DNA of 64,000 nt, taken from Vicinamibacterales bacterium (GTDB taxonomy: Bacteria; Acidobacteriota; Vicinamibacteria; Vicinamibacterales; SCN-69-37). Positions 19,569-28,864 of the stretch are shown piece by piece. The position numbers were made by a program, and so were the translations under genes. The notes under the pieces were generated by a model. It was not told the origin of the DNA. It did no database searches and worked only from the letters and a program-made list of their open reading frames with translations. The stretch is taken from contig JAURFE010000003.1 of the NCBI GenBank assembly GCA_030827135.1, positions 12,923 to 76,922 on the forward strand, in the 5' to 3' direction. Each line of letters begins with the position of its first letter. Positions within the stretch are counted from its first letter, which is position 1.

Positions 19569-22500
19569 CTAATTCACCGGCGGCGGCGGAGGCGGGTAAC
19601 CCGAACCACACGCGAGGCCCCCACGGTCAACCCCTTCGTGGTAGTTCATGATGATCGACTCGAGCAGGCTGCTCAGACCAGAGATTGACATCCCACTGGG
19701 CAGCACCGAGGTGTTGCCACCGAGCACCTGGTTGGCGATGGTGAGAATCTCATTCACCGACTTGCCCGCCATCGAGCCGGACTTCATCACCATGGCACCG
19801 AGGCCGCTCTGGAGCACGCCAGCTTCCGAGAAGTCCACCGCGAGCTGCAGCGCCAGGAGCTGGCCCGCAAAGACACCCGCCGTTGACTTCGTCGGGTCGA
19901 CCGCAGAGGCCGTCAACGTCTTCGACGTGCCGCCGGCCGGCAGGAACGTTTCAATCGCCTTCGCGCTCGTGAAGGTCAACGTGTGAGTGCCGCCGATCAT
20001 CACACCTTGCGGGTAGACCGTCGCAAAGTTCGCGGCCAGCAACGCGCCCGGGTTCCCACCGCTCGGCGTCGAGCCCCAGCCACCCTGCGTGTAGGTGATG
20101 TAGCCGGTCGGCGTGCAGGGCACGATGCGCGGACGAATTGTGAGCGTGCCCGGGATGATCGTCACCGTGTAGTTCGCCAGCACGTTCTGCGTATCCACCG
20201 GTGTCGGGTCGATCGGGTAGGTGCCCGCCGGGCTTGCACTGGTCCCGGTCGTGCTGTACGTCGCACCGACAAGTTCACCGGCCAGCAGACCCGTCCATGC
20301 ACCATCGAGCGTCGGCACGGGATCACCTTCGACCATCGATTTGTCGTTTGCGCGGAGCGTCGCCGGGATCGGGTTGATGACCAGTGTGCCCGGCACGTAG
20401 GTGATCGTGTAGTTGGTGGACGTGTAGCCGGCCGGCACGATGCCGTCGGTATACGTCCCGGCATTCACTGCGGTGCCTGCGGCGCCGCTGAACGTCAGCG
20501 TGCCACCAAGGTCGCTGACGTCGTCACCACCCACGAAGCCGCTGTAGGTGACGGTGAACGGACCGCCGAACACGGTGCCGTCATACATCTTGCTCTTGTC
20601 GTCGGCCGTCACAACGAGCGGCACCGGCGTCACCGTCAGGGGGCCGTTGATGTAGGTAATCGTGTAGTTCTCGAGGCCCACGCCCACGGCCACGCTCGGC
20701 ACGATCGGGTAGGTGCTGCCAGCAACCGTCGCCGTCGCCGGGGAACCGGTGGCGCTGACGAGAGTCGCCGACAGGACTTCGTCTTCGAAGATGAAGCCGT
20801 CGGTGGTGAATTCGGTGCCGGTGAAGGTGAAGACCGTGCCGTACGGCTTGGTCTGCGGATTCGCCGTGACGGTCGCCGGCTTCGGCACGACCTGATGCGG
20901 GTCGTCATCGCCGCTTCCCGGGCAGAGCGGCGCCACGGCTGCGGAACCGGAGTACTCCGCCGTCACGGTGTAGTTGCCCACCACCAGCGCAGCCGGAAGC
21001 GTCGTGGTCGCCACGCCGTTGACGACCGGCACGTTGGCGGCAATGACCTGGGCGCCAAGGCGGAACGTCACGGTGCCCACCGAGGGCGTCTGGCTCGCGC
21101 CGCACGTCACCGTCGCGCGCACCGTCGCCGGTGTGCCATAGACCGACGGGTCGGGATCGGTGGTGACGATGGTGGTGGATACCGGTTTCACTACGATGGT
21201 GACGAGCGCGTCGTTGACCGAGTCCGAAACGCCATCGTTGCCCCGGTAGAGGAAGGTGTCTGTGCCGACGAAATTGCTCGGCGGCGTGTAGGTGAACCGG
21301 CCGTCCGCGTAGACCACCACCGTGGCGCCACTGCCCGACGAATAGACGAACTGAATCGACGGGTTCACGCCAAGCGGCGTGATGCCCGACGGGCCCGCGC
21401 CGATGATCGTCAGGCCGTCGGAGCGGTCATTGGACAGCAGGGCAGGCGGCGTCGTCGAGGACGCGCTGACATCGAGCGACGTGCCCTGCTCGATTTCATA
21501 CGTGTCGTTATCCACGAGCGGCCGCACCAGAATCGTTACCGTCGCGATGTTGCTGTAGTTCTGCCCCTCGAACGGGATCACAGCGTCGGTGGCCTGATAC
21601 ACGAAGGTGTCGAGTCCGTGGAACCCGGCCGGCGGCATGTAGGACATGGACCCGTCGGCGTTGAGCAGGACGGTCCCCCCCTGCGTGGTCGCGATCGATC
21701 CGCCGGGGACGGTCGCCGGTGTCCCAGACGTGCCCACCAGACCGACCGTCAGCACGTCGTGAAGCAGGACATTGTTACTGCTCGCGTTGTCAGGGTCCGA
21801 GTCGTTCCGAAGGACCTGGTTCGCCGCGCTCACCGCGATTCCAAACGGCACATCCTGCACTGTTTCAAAGAAGTCGTCTTCCGCAACCGGCGCTTCGTCG
21901 GGACCGCAGTCCGGGTCGTTGGCGTCGGCCAGGCCGTCGCCGTTGTCGTCGCCGGGGCTCGATACCGAACAGATCTCGATGGCCTTGCAGTTTTCGTCCA
22001 CGAAGCCGTCGCCGTCGTCATCCAGGAAGTTGCCGCAAATTTCCTGCGCGGCGGTGTACTCCCACATGATGCACATGCTCTGCACAAAGCGGGCACCATT
22101 GGGATGCCCATACGGCTGGTAGTCGGTCGCCTCAAACCGGTGCAATTCCTTGCCGGTTGCGATGTCAAACACGTAAACCCACCCCGTGTCGGTCGGCGCA
22201 GCCCACAGGGTGCGGCCCCCCGGATCCACTTCGATCGAGTACCACCCGTTGACGGCGGCACCGCTGTAGCTGCCGCTGCTGGCCAACAGGTAGGCGTCGT
22301 CGGCGATGGCATAACTCTGCACCCACGAACCATCGCCGCGGAGCCGATGGATAGCGCCGGTCGAGGCCACGAGGAATCCACCCGTGCCATCACCGGGAGG
22401 CAGAATGCGCAGACCATTAAATCGGCGATCGGCCGACCCGGGCACCTCAATGCGTCCGTTGCCGAGGTCGGGCAACTGGCCGATCGGCTCAGCCGGCGCG

Positions 22501-24134
22501 TCCTGGCTCAGGCGCACGCGATAGCGGTGAATGAAGGAATCTTCCGACGTGTAGTAGAGGACGTCGCCCGTGGCATTGATGTCCATCCAGTCGGTGCCCT
22601 GGCGCCCCGTGAACGTCCAGAACACGTCACGGTCAGCCGCCACCGCGCCGGTGCCGATGTAGGAGCCGTCAGGCTGAATGTTGTAGCGATGCAGGCGTTT
22701 GCCCATCGACCAGCGCGCCGGCACCAGACCTTCGACAATCACGCCGTTCGCATCGAGCCGCTGATACGCGTTGCCATTCGACGGGCTTGCCAGATACCCC
22801 AGGGGCAGTTGTGCCGGCCAGTCGGGCATGCCTGGGAGGGCCGGCGGAGCCGGGCCGAATTTCAGCGTGGCGCCATCGTTCTCGTACTGCATCCGCGGGC
22901 TGATCAGGTCCACGACCCGCTCGACGTACGAGGCAAACGGCGCACCGGCCTCGGCGAGCTTCAGCTTCGCGCCGGTCTCATCAACGATGAAGCCCGAGCC
23001 GCCGCCTGACCATTCACGCGGCAGACCATCCACACCCATGGGATACCACATGGAGTCGTCGAACATGTCGAAGCCCATCCCGTTCCAGTACGTCTTATCG
23101 CCCACCACAGGGCGGTCGTCCTGGTTGCCGGATGAGTGGCCGACGTACATGTTCATGTTGGCGTCGAACACCACGGACTCCGGGTTCGAGTCGATGCCCC
23201 ACCACGACCAGAAGTCCGGACGCTCAATGCGCGTCGATACACGACGACTCAGCGGCGAGTACAGCGTACGCGCGGGCCCGACCGCGCTGGGCTGCCGGGT
23301 CACCACGTTGACGGCGGGCATGCCGTCGCCAAAGTTGGTGGCGAACATCTCGCCGGTCTTCCAGTTCGTCGCGCAGCCGCTGGTCTCGTTGTACCACTCG
23401 AATGCAGCGTGATCAGGGTCGTCGAGATCGGCAGTCGCCACGAAGCGCTTGAAGTGGCCGGTGCGGTCGAGCACCTTGTACGTGTGGTTGTTCAGGCCGA
23501 GAAAGAGGTCACCCTTCGCCCACCGACTGATATCCCACGTAAAGGACACGGTGTCAGCCGTCGCGCCAAGCGTCACGGAATGCTTGCCAACACTGCCACC
23601 CGCGTCAAGCGCCGCCAGATCATCGTCGGTGGGATCAAGCGGACCCGCCCACGGCCCCACGTGGTTGACAGGAGGCGGCACACTGGTCGCCACCGTGCTG
23701 ACGTTCAACTGAATGTAGACAGGCGTGCCTGACGCCGCCAGTTGCGGCTGCTCCACACCGTCCTTGTCGACAGGCACGGCACCGGGAGCGGTGATGCCGA
23801 GCGCGTTCAGATCGTTGATGACCGTGTACGCCAGACCGGCGGGCACCTGATCAAACGTGAGTTCGCCCGCGACGGGACGCAGTTCGATGATGGCGCCTTC
23901 GCCGTGACGAATCGTTCCGCCGGGATTATTCACAGCATCATTGAGATGTTCTTCGACAAAGTAGATCGACCACTGCTGTTGATAGTGATCCCACGTCGAA
24001 AGACGGATACCCGCAGCGGGTGCCCCGTAAGTGGCTGCTTCAGTCGGCGCAAAAAACACACCGTGCGCTGTGGCAGCAATCACTGCGACGGCAAGTACCG
24101 AGGCGAGTTGCTTGAACGCCTTGTTCGTAGCCAT
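19569..24134 (-). CDS. giant secreted surface/adhesin-like protein (1521 aa)
   Basis: Signal peptide MATNKAFKQLASVLAVAVIAATAHG. About 700 aa of unassigned N-terminal region. Cys/Asp-rich metal-binding-like linker (CGNFLDDDGDGFVDENC...DDNGDGLADANDPDC). Two cadherin-like/VCBS-type Ig repeats (NDSDPDN..., LLSNDRSDG...), one Big_3-like Ig domain, about three MBG repeats (ADDKSKMYDG..., ANDKSMVEGD..., NYTITY...GTLTI) and an unassigned 182-aa C-terminal domain. Confidence 0.85.
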   Translation of the reverse strand: MATNKAFKQLASVLAVAVIAATAHGVFFAPTEAATYGAPAAGIRLSTWDHYQQQWSIYFVEEHLNDAVNNPGGTIRHGEGAIIELRPVAGELTFDQVPAGLAYTVINDLNALGITAPGAVPVDKDGVEQPQLAASGTPVYIQLNVSTVATSVPPPVNHVGPWAGPLDPTDDDLAALDAGGSVGKHSVTLGATADTVSFTWDISRWAKGDLFLGLNNHTYKVLDRTGHFKRFVATADLDDPDHAAFEWYNETSGCATNWKTGEMFATNFGDGMPAVNVVTRQPSAVGPARTLYSPLSRRVSTRIERPDFWSWWGIDSNPESVVFDANMNMYVGHSSGNQDDRPVVGDKTYWNGMGFDMFDDSMWYPMGVDGLPREWSGGGSGFIVDETGAKLKLAEAGAPFASYVERVVDLISPRMQYENDGATLKFGPAPPALPGMPDWPAQLPLGYLASPSNGNAYQRLDANGVIVEGLVPARWSMGKRLHRYNIQPDGSYIGTGAVAADRDVFWTFTGRQGTDWMDINATGDVLYYTSEDSFIHRYRVRLSQDAPAEPIGQLPDLGNGRIEVPGSADRRFNGLRILPPGDGTGGFLVASTGAIHRLRGDGSWVQSYAIADDAYLLASSGSYSGAAVNGWYSIEVDPGGRTLWAAPTDTGWVYVFDIATGKELHRFEATDYQPYGHPNGARFVQSMCIMWEYTAAQEICGNFLDDDGDGFVDENCKAIEICSVSSPGDDNGDGLADANDPDCGPDEAPVAEDDFFETVQDVPFGIAVSAANQVLRNDSDPDNASSNNVLLHDVLTVGLVGTSGTPATVPGGSIATTQGGTVLLNADGSMSYMPPAGFHGLDTFVYQATDAVIPFEGQNYSNIATVTILVRPLVDNDTYEIEQGTSLDVSASSTTPPALLSNDRSDGLTIIGAGPSGITPLGVNPSIQFVYSSGSGATVVVYADGRFTYTPPSNFVGTDTFLYRGNDGVSDSVNDALVTIVVKPVSTTIVTTDPDPSVYGTPATVRATVTCGASQTPSVGTVTFRLGAQVIAANVPVVNGVATTTLPAALVVGNYTVTAEYSGSAAVAPLCPGSGDDDPHQVVPKPATVTANPQTKPYGTVFTFTGTEFTTDGFIFEDEVLSATLVSATGSPATATVAGSTYPIVPSVAVGVGLENYTITYINGPLTVTPVPLVVTADDKSKMYDGTVFGGPFTVTYSGFVGGDDVSDLGGTLTFSGAAGTAVNAGTYTDGIVPAGYTSTNYTITYVPGTLVINPIPATLRANDKSMVEGDPVPTLDGAWTGLLAGELVGATYSTTGTSASPAGTYPIDPTPVDTQNVLANYTVTIIPGTLTIRPRIVPCTPTGYITYTQGGWGSTPSGGNPGALLAANFATVYPQGVMIGGTHTLTFTSAKAIETFLPAGGTSKTLTASAVDPTKSTAGVFAGQLLALQLAVDFSEAGVLQSGLGAMVMKSGSMAGKSVNEILTIANQVLGGNTSVLPSGMSISGLSSLLESIIMNYHEGVDRGGLACGSGYPPPPPPVN

Positions 24135-24283
24135 ATAAAAAATCTCTCAGTCGAATCCCATTTCCAATTCGCAGTCATAGAATACACCATAATTGTCTCT
24201 TGTGTCATATCGAACCGAGCTTTGACACGGTTTTGTTATTCTGAAAATGACAATATATTTATTTATAGGAAAATTAGAATATA

Positions 24284-24313
24284 CAAAAAAAGCCTCGGCA
24301 GATGACCCAGGCT
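24284..24313 (-). terminator. intrinsic terminator downstream of the ABC ATPase gene
   Basis: Minus strand reads AGCCTGGG-tcatctg-CCGAGGCT followed by TTTTTTT (plus-strand stems 24291-24298 and 24306-24313, A7 run at 24285-24291). The stem has one mismatch. A T-rich stretch on the other side makes it potentially bidirectional. Confidence 0.6.
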
Positions 24314-24356
24314 TGTTTGCTCTTAAATGTCTATTTTTGAGTAAGTTACAGGCTTA

Positions 24357-25043
24357 TCACGCCGCCCGGCGTACATCCTTTTCGACCTGCCCGTCCCGAA
24401 TATGAATCGACCGGTGGGCATGAGCAGCGACTTCCGGCTCGTGTGTGACCAACACAATCGTATTTCCGGCCTGATGCAACCGCTCGAACAGGCTCATGAT
24501 TTCGACACCCGTCTTGGAATCCAGATTCCCGGTGGGTTCGTCGGCCAGCAGAATCGACGGGTTGTTGACCAATGCCCGGGCAATAGCCACGCGCTGCCGC
24601 TGACCACCCGACAACTGATTGGGTCGATGGGTTTTCCGATCCCCAAGTTCAACCTTGTCGAGCGCCTGAGCCGCCCGCTCCCCCCGCACTTTCGCTGAGA
24701 TCCCCGCATAAATGAGGGGCAATTCGACGTTGTGGAGGGCGGTCGCGCGGGGCAGCAAATTAAATGTCTGGAACACAAACCCGATTTCCTCATTCCGGAT
24801 ACGGGCCAGTTCGTCGTCATTCATCTCACTGACCTGCTTGCCGTTCAGCAGGTAGCTGCCCTTTGACGGGGTGTCCAGGCACCCGATCAGATTCATCAGG
24901 GTCGATTTGCCGGACCCGCTGGGGCCCATGATCGCGACGTATTCGCCACGCTCAATCTCAATCGACACGCCCTGGAGCGCATGAATGAGTTCCGTGCCCA
25001 TCTGATAGGTCTTCCACAGGTCGTTGGTCTGGATCAGTGCCAT
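24357..25043 (-). CDS. ABC transporter ATP-binding protein, MacB/LolD/FtsE-like
   Basis: Walker [10 protein letters not shown], signature LSGGQRQR, Walker [22 protein letters not shown] lies 5 nt upstream of ATG 25043. Confidence 0.9.
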   Translation of the reverse strand: MALIQTNDLWKTYQMGTELIHALQGVSIEIERGEYVAIMGPSGSGKSTLMNLIGCLDTPSKGSYLLNGKQVSEMNDDELARIRNEEIGFVFQTFNLLPRATALHNVELPLIYAGISAKVRGERAAQALDKVELGDRKTHRPNQLSGGQRQRVAIARALVNNPSILLADEPTGNLDSKTGVEIMSLFERLHQAGNTIVLVTHEPEVAAHAHRSIHIRDGQVEKDVRRAA

Positions 25044-25122
25044 GGCTTCACCTTAATACGCTTCCGGACAGGGGAACGTTCGCTTCATCGGGGAATCAGG
25101 GACTCGGAAAGTGGCAATCGAT

Positions 25123-27090
25123 TCACGATTCCTCCGCCTCATACTCGTCCTTGAGTCGACGGACCACGTTCGGGTCGGCCAGTGTTGTCGTGTCGCCGAG
25201 CGCCTTCCCCTCCGCAATGTCGCGCAGCAGGCGTCGCATGATCTTGCCGGACCGCGTCTTCGGCAAATCAGCGGCAAACAGGATCTGGTCCGGACGCGCA
25301 ATCGCCCCGATCTTCCGGACGACGTGCTCCCTCAGTTCGTCAACAAGACCGGCACCGGCCCGGATACCTTCCTTCACGGTCACAAACGCGGCGATGGACT
25401 GTCCCTTGATGTCGTGTGATCGGCCGACCACAGCGGCTTCCGCGACCGAGGGGTGATCCACCAGCGCGCTCTCGACCTCCATCGTGCCGATGCGATGTCC
25501 CGCCACGTTCAACACGTCGTCCACACGACCCAGCAACCAGTAGTCGCCCTGCGCATCGCGCCGCGCGCCATCACCCGTGAAGTACACGCCGTCGTCCCAC
25601 CGGCTGAAGTAGGTCTTCACGAATCGTTCGGGGTCGCCGTAGATCCCGCGCAACATGCCGGGCCAGGGCTTGGTGAGCGCGAGCAATCCGCCGCCGTGTT
25701 CAACCGGGACGCCGGCACCGGTGCGAATCTCGGCCGTGATTCCAGGAAACGGTTTGGTGGCGGACCCGGGTTTGAGCGGGGTGATTCCGGGCAACGGCGC
25801 AATCAGGATGTGTCCCGTTTCCGTCTGCCACCAGGTGTCGACCACCGGGCACCGGGATTCTCCGATGTGTTCGTGGTACCACATCCATGCCTCAGGATTG
25901 ATGGGCTCGCCGACCGAGCCGAGCAGCCGCAGGCTCGACAGGTCACGACGCGCCGGCCAGTCAGTACCCCACTTCATGAACGCACGAATCGCCGTGGGCG
26001 CGGTGTAGAACACCGTGACGCCGTATCGCTCGACAATCTCCCAGAACCGGTCCTTGTTCGGCCAGTCCGGCGCGCCTTCGTACATCACGACGGTCGCGCC
26101 GTTCTGCAGCGGGCCGTACACGACGTAGGAGTGGCCGGTGACCCAACCAATGTCCGCCGTGCACCAATAGACGTCGGTGTCCTGCAGGTCAAACACCCAG
26201 CGCGTCGTCGCATAGGTTCCGACGAGATACCCGCCGGTGGTGTGGACGATCCCCTTCGGTTTACCCGTCGTGCCCGAGGTGTAGAGGATGTACAGCATGT
26301 CTTCGCTGTCCATCGGCTCGGGCGCACACTCAAGCGGTGCGTCCTGCATGAGGCGGTGATACCAATGGTCGCGCCCTTCCTTGATGTGCACAGGGAAGGG
26401 TTCGCCGGCCTGGCGCTTCACGACGACGACGTTCTGAATCGACGGAGTCCCCTCGAGCGCTTCGTCCGATGTCTGTTTCAAGGGAACGAGCTGGCCGCGT
26501 CGGAACCCGCCGTCAGCGGTAATCAACAACGCGCACTGTGAGTCGTTGATGCGATCACGCAGCGCTTCCGCGCTGAAGCCGCCAAAGACGACCGAGTGCA
26601 CCGCCCCGATGCGCGCGCACGCAAGCATCGCGATCGCGAGTTCCGGAATCAGCGGCAGATAGATCGCGACGCGGTCACCCTTGCGGATGCCGAGATGCTT
26701 GAGCACATTGGCAAACTGGCACACCTGCCGATACAGGTCGAAGTAGGTGAGCGTGCGACGATCGCCTGGCTCGCCTTCCCAGATGATCGCGGCGGTGTTG
26801 CGGCGCGCCGTGCGCACGTGGCGATCGAGGCAATTGACGCTGGCGTTGAGCCGGCCACCGACAAACCACTTCGCGTGCGGCGGCTGCCAGTCGAGCACCT
26901 GCGTCCAGGGACGGATCCACTCGAGTTCACGCGCCCAGTCTTCCCAGAAGCCTTCGGGATCCGCCGCGGCACGGTCGTACACGGCGGGGTCGGTCACCCG
27001 CGCGCGTGTCTTCCACTCGGTGGTTGGTTCAAAAACGCGAGCTTCGTTCAGCAACGCGTTGATTTCCGGGCGATTCCCCGGCTGGCTCAC
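25123..27090 (-). CDS. acs: acetyl-CoA synthetase (acetate--CoA ligase)
   Basis: 655 aa with the AMP-binding motif [18 protein letters not shown] and C-terminal ...[20 protein letters not shown] start overlaps the upstream TGA. Confidence 0.95.
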   Translation of the reverse strand: MSQPGNRPEINALLNEARVFEPTTEWKTRARVTDPAVYDRAAADPEGFWEDWARELEWIRPWTQVLDWQPPHAKWFVGGRLNASVNCLDRHVRTARRNTAAIIWEGEPGDRRTLTYFDLYRQVCQFANVLKHLGIRKGDRVAIYLPLIPELAIAMLACARIGAVHSVVFGGFSAEALRDRINDSQCALLITADGGFRRGQLVPLKQTSDEALEGTPSIQNVVVVKRQAGEPFPVHIKEGRDHWYHRLMQDAPLECAPEPMDSEDMLYILYTSGTTGKPKGIVHTTGGYLVGTYATTRWVFDLQDTDVYWCTADIGWVTGHSYVVYGPLQNGATVVMYEGAPDWPNKDRFWEIVERYGVTVFYTAPTAIRAFMKWGTDWPARRDLSSLRLLGSVGEPINPEAWMWYHEHIGESRCPVVDTWWQTETGHILIAPLPGITPLKPGSATKPFPGITAEIRTGAGVPVEHGGGLLALTKPWPGMLRGIYGDPERFVKTYFSRWDDGVYFTGDGARRDAQGDYWLLGRVDDVLNVAGHRIGTMEVESALVDHPSVAEAAVVGRSHDIKGQSIAAFVTVKEGIRAGAGLVDELREHVVRKIGAIARPDQILFAADLPKTRSGKIMRRLLRDIAEGKALGDTTTLADPNVVRRLKDEYEAEES

Positions 27091-27548
27091 GCAGCCTCCG
27101 TCGGCCCCGGCTTCTTCCGGAAGAACGCGAGCCCCAGCAGGGCGCCCAGCAGACCGAACACGGCAAACAGCGGCACCGTGACGACAAAGCCGATGATCGC
27201 CGCCGCAGGACCGGTCGTGAATCGCTCGATCATCGCGACCATGTCAGGCGGCATATCGCCCATCTGGCCGAACACCTGATCCAGCGCCTCACGCTGGGCC
27301 TCCGAATTCACCAGGAGCATGCTGATGAGTGCCGTGATCAGTCCGCCGATCGCGCCGGCGATCAGCCCGGCCACCGACGCCGTGGAGGTCTCAAGCGGCC
27401 TGGGATCGTTCTGCTGCATCAGGTACGTCGTCAGCAGACCACCGCTCAACACCCACAGGCAGCAGCAGTTGGCCAGACTGAGCCCCGGCAACGACGACAG
27501 CACACCGATGAAGATTCCGCCGAGCAGTGCCGGTTGGTAACGTCCCAT
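27087..27548 (-). CDS. small polytopic membrane protein (153 aa) with CCC motif, function unknown
   Basis: ATG 27548 lies 2 nt after the stop of the inositol-phosphate synthase gene. Four predicted TM helices, with [15 protein letters not shown]. The upstream 96 codons of the listed ORF overlap the synthase gene and are rejected. Confidence 0.55.
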   Translation of the reverse strand: MGRYQPALLGGIFIGVLSSLPGLSLANCCCLWVLSGGLLTTYLMQQNDPRPLETSTASVAGLIAGAIGGLITALISMLLVNSEAQREALDQVFGQMGDMPPDMVAMIERFTTGPAAAIIGFVVTVPLFAVFGLLGALLGLAFFRKKPGPTEAA

Positions 27549-27550
27549 GA

Positions 27551-28864
27551 TCAGTCGTAGTACTCGCGGCCGAGGTGCGTGATGAGCTCTTCGCCGCGCA
27601 TGTAGCGCAACGTGTTCTTCAGTTTCATCAACTGGATGAACAGGTCGTGCTCCGGGTACACCTCGGGGGCGTGCATCGGGCTCTTGAAGTAGAACGAGAG
27701 CCACTCCTGAATGCCCGAGAAGCCGGCGCGCTTGGAGAGGTCGAGGAACAGCGCCACGTCGAGCACGATGGGCGCGGCCAGGATGCTGTCGCGGCAGAGG
27801 AAGTTGATCTTCAGCTGCATCGGATAGCCGAGCCACCCGAAGATGTCGATGTTGTCCCAGCCCTCTTTGTTGTCGCCGCGCGGCGGATAGTAGTTGATGC
27901 GCACGACGTGCGAGATGTCCTTGTAGAGATCCGGATACAGGTGCGGCTGAAAAATGTAGTCGAGCGCGCCCTTCTTGCTCTCTTCCTTGGACTTGAACGA
28001 CTCGGGATCGTCGAGCACCTCACCGTCGCGGTTGCCGAGGATGTTGGTCGAGTACCAGCCGGCCACGCCAATGAGGCGCGCCTTCAGGCCGGGGGCGATG
28101 ATCGTCTTGATCAGCGTCTGCCCGGTCTTCATGTCGTTGCCCGTAATCGGCGAACCCGTCTTCGCGGCGAGTTCACGCAGCGCCGGCACTTCGGCGCTCA
28201 GGTTGGGCGCCGCGTTGCCGTACGGCAAACCTTCACTGATGGCCGCATACGCGTAAATCTGGCTCGGCGAAATCGCCGGATCGTTGTCGACCAGGCCCTT
28301 CTCAAACGCCGCGATCGACTTGTGGCACGCCGACTCGGTCAGGAAGATCTCCGTGGACCCGGCCCAGATGAGGACCACACGCGAGCAGTTGTTGTCGGCC
28401 TTGAACTTGCGGATGTCCGCGATCAGCTGATCGGCGAGATCCTTCTTGTTCTTGCCCTTTTTGACGTTCGGACCATCGAGGCGCTTCACGTAGTGGCGGT
28501 CAAACACCGCCGCCATCGGCTTGATCGCGGCGAGTTCGTCCTTCACCTGATCAAGGAGCTTCTCGTCGAGCACGCCAGCATGTTTCGCGGCCTCGTAGCA
28601 GTTGTCCTCGAAAATGTCCCAGCCGCCGAACACGATGTCGTTGAGTTCGGCAAGGGGCACAAACTCACGAATGGTGGGCGTGCGGTTTTCGGTGCGCTTG
28701 CCGAGACGGACGGTGCCCATCTCGGTCAGCGAGCCGATCGGCTTCGCCAGACCTTTGCGGATGGCCAGCACGCCCGCAATCGTGGTGGTGCTGACCGCAC
28801 CCAATCCAACCAGAAGAATGCCGAGTTTGCCTTCGGCCGGAGCAAGAGAAATGCCAGTAGTCAC
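27551..28864 (-). CDS. myo-inositol-1-phosphate synthase (inositol-3-phosphate synthase)
   Basis: 437 aa with N-terminal Rossmann-type GILLVGLGAVSTT, NILGNRDGEVLDDPESFKSKEESK and a C-terminal region typical of bacterial/archaeal MIPS. GTG start. Confidence 0.9.
   Translation of the reverse strand: MTTGISLAPAEGKLGILLVGLGAVSTTTIAGVLAIRKGLAKPIGSLTEMGTVRLGKRTENRTPTIREFVPLAELNDIVFGGWDIFEDNCYEAAKHAGVLDEKLLDQVKDELAAIKPMAAVFDRHYVKRLDGPNVKKGKNKKDLADQLIADIRKFKADNNCSRVVLIWAGSTEIFLTESACHKSIAAFEKGLVDNDPAISPSQIYAYAAISEGLPYGNAAPNLSAEVPALRELAAKTGSPITGNDMKTGQTLIKTIIAPGLKARLIGVAGWYSTNILGNRDGEVLDDPESFKSKEESKKGALDYIFQPHLYPDLYKDISHVVRINYYPPRGDNKEGWDNIDIFGWLGYPMQLKINFLCRDSILAAPIVLDVALFLDLSKRAGFSGIQEWLSFYFKSPMHAPEVYPEHDLFIQLMKLKNTLRYMRGEELITHLGREYYD

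Noticed and set aside
19569-19571. TAG as a recoded (pyrrolysine or programmed read-through) codon
   Set aside because: No Pyl machinery or read-through context is visible, and the downstream frame is broken again by a TGA and two frameshifts. Decay, an orphan-cassette role or sequencing error are more economical explanations.
19032-20117. Diversity-generating retroelement (template repeat / variable repeat) explanation for the duplicated C-terminal module
   Set aside because: The two copies are only about 75% identical in the best-aligned 85 nt. The mismatches are not confined to adenine positions, the copy is much longer than a typical template repeat and has an internal deletion, and no reverse transcriptase gene is nearby.
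19983-23009. 1008-aa ORF on the plus strand
   Set aside because: It lies entirely antisense to the 1521-aa surface-protein gene. Its Arg/Gly/His-rich low-complexity composition is typical of shadow ORFs in high-GC DNA, and it has no recognisable domain.
19569-24134. PEP-CTERM/exosortase substrate linked to the PrsK/PrsR-like two-component pair
   Set aside because: The C-terminus (…CGSGYPPPPPPVN) lacks the PEP motif, TM helix and Arg cluster. No exosortase gene is in the window.
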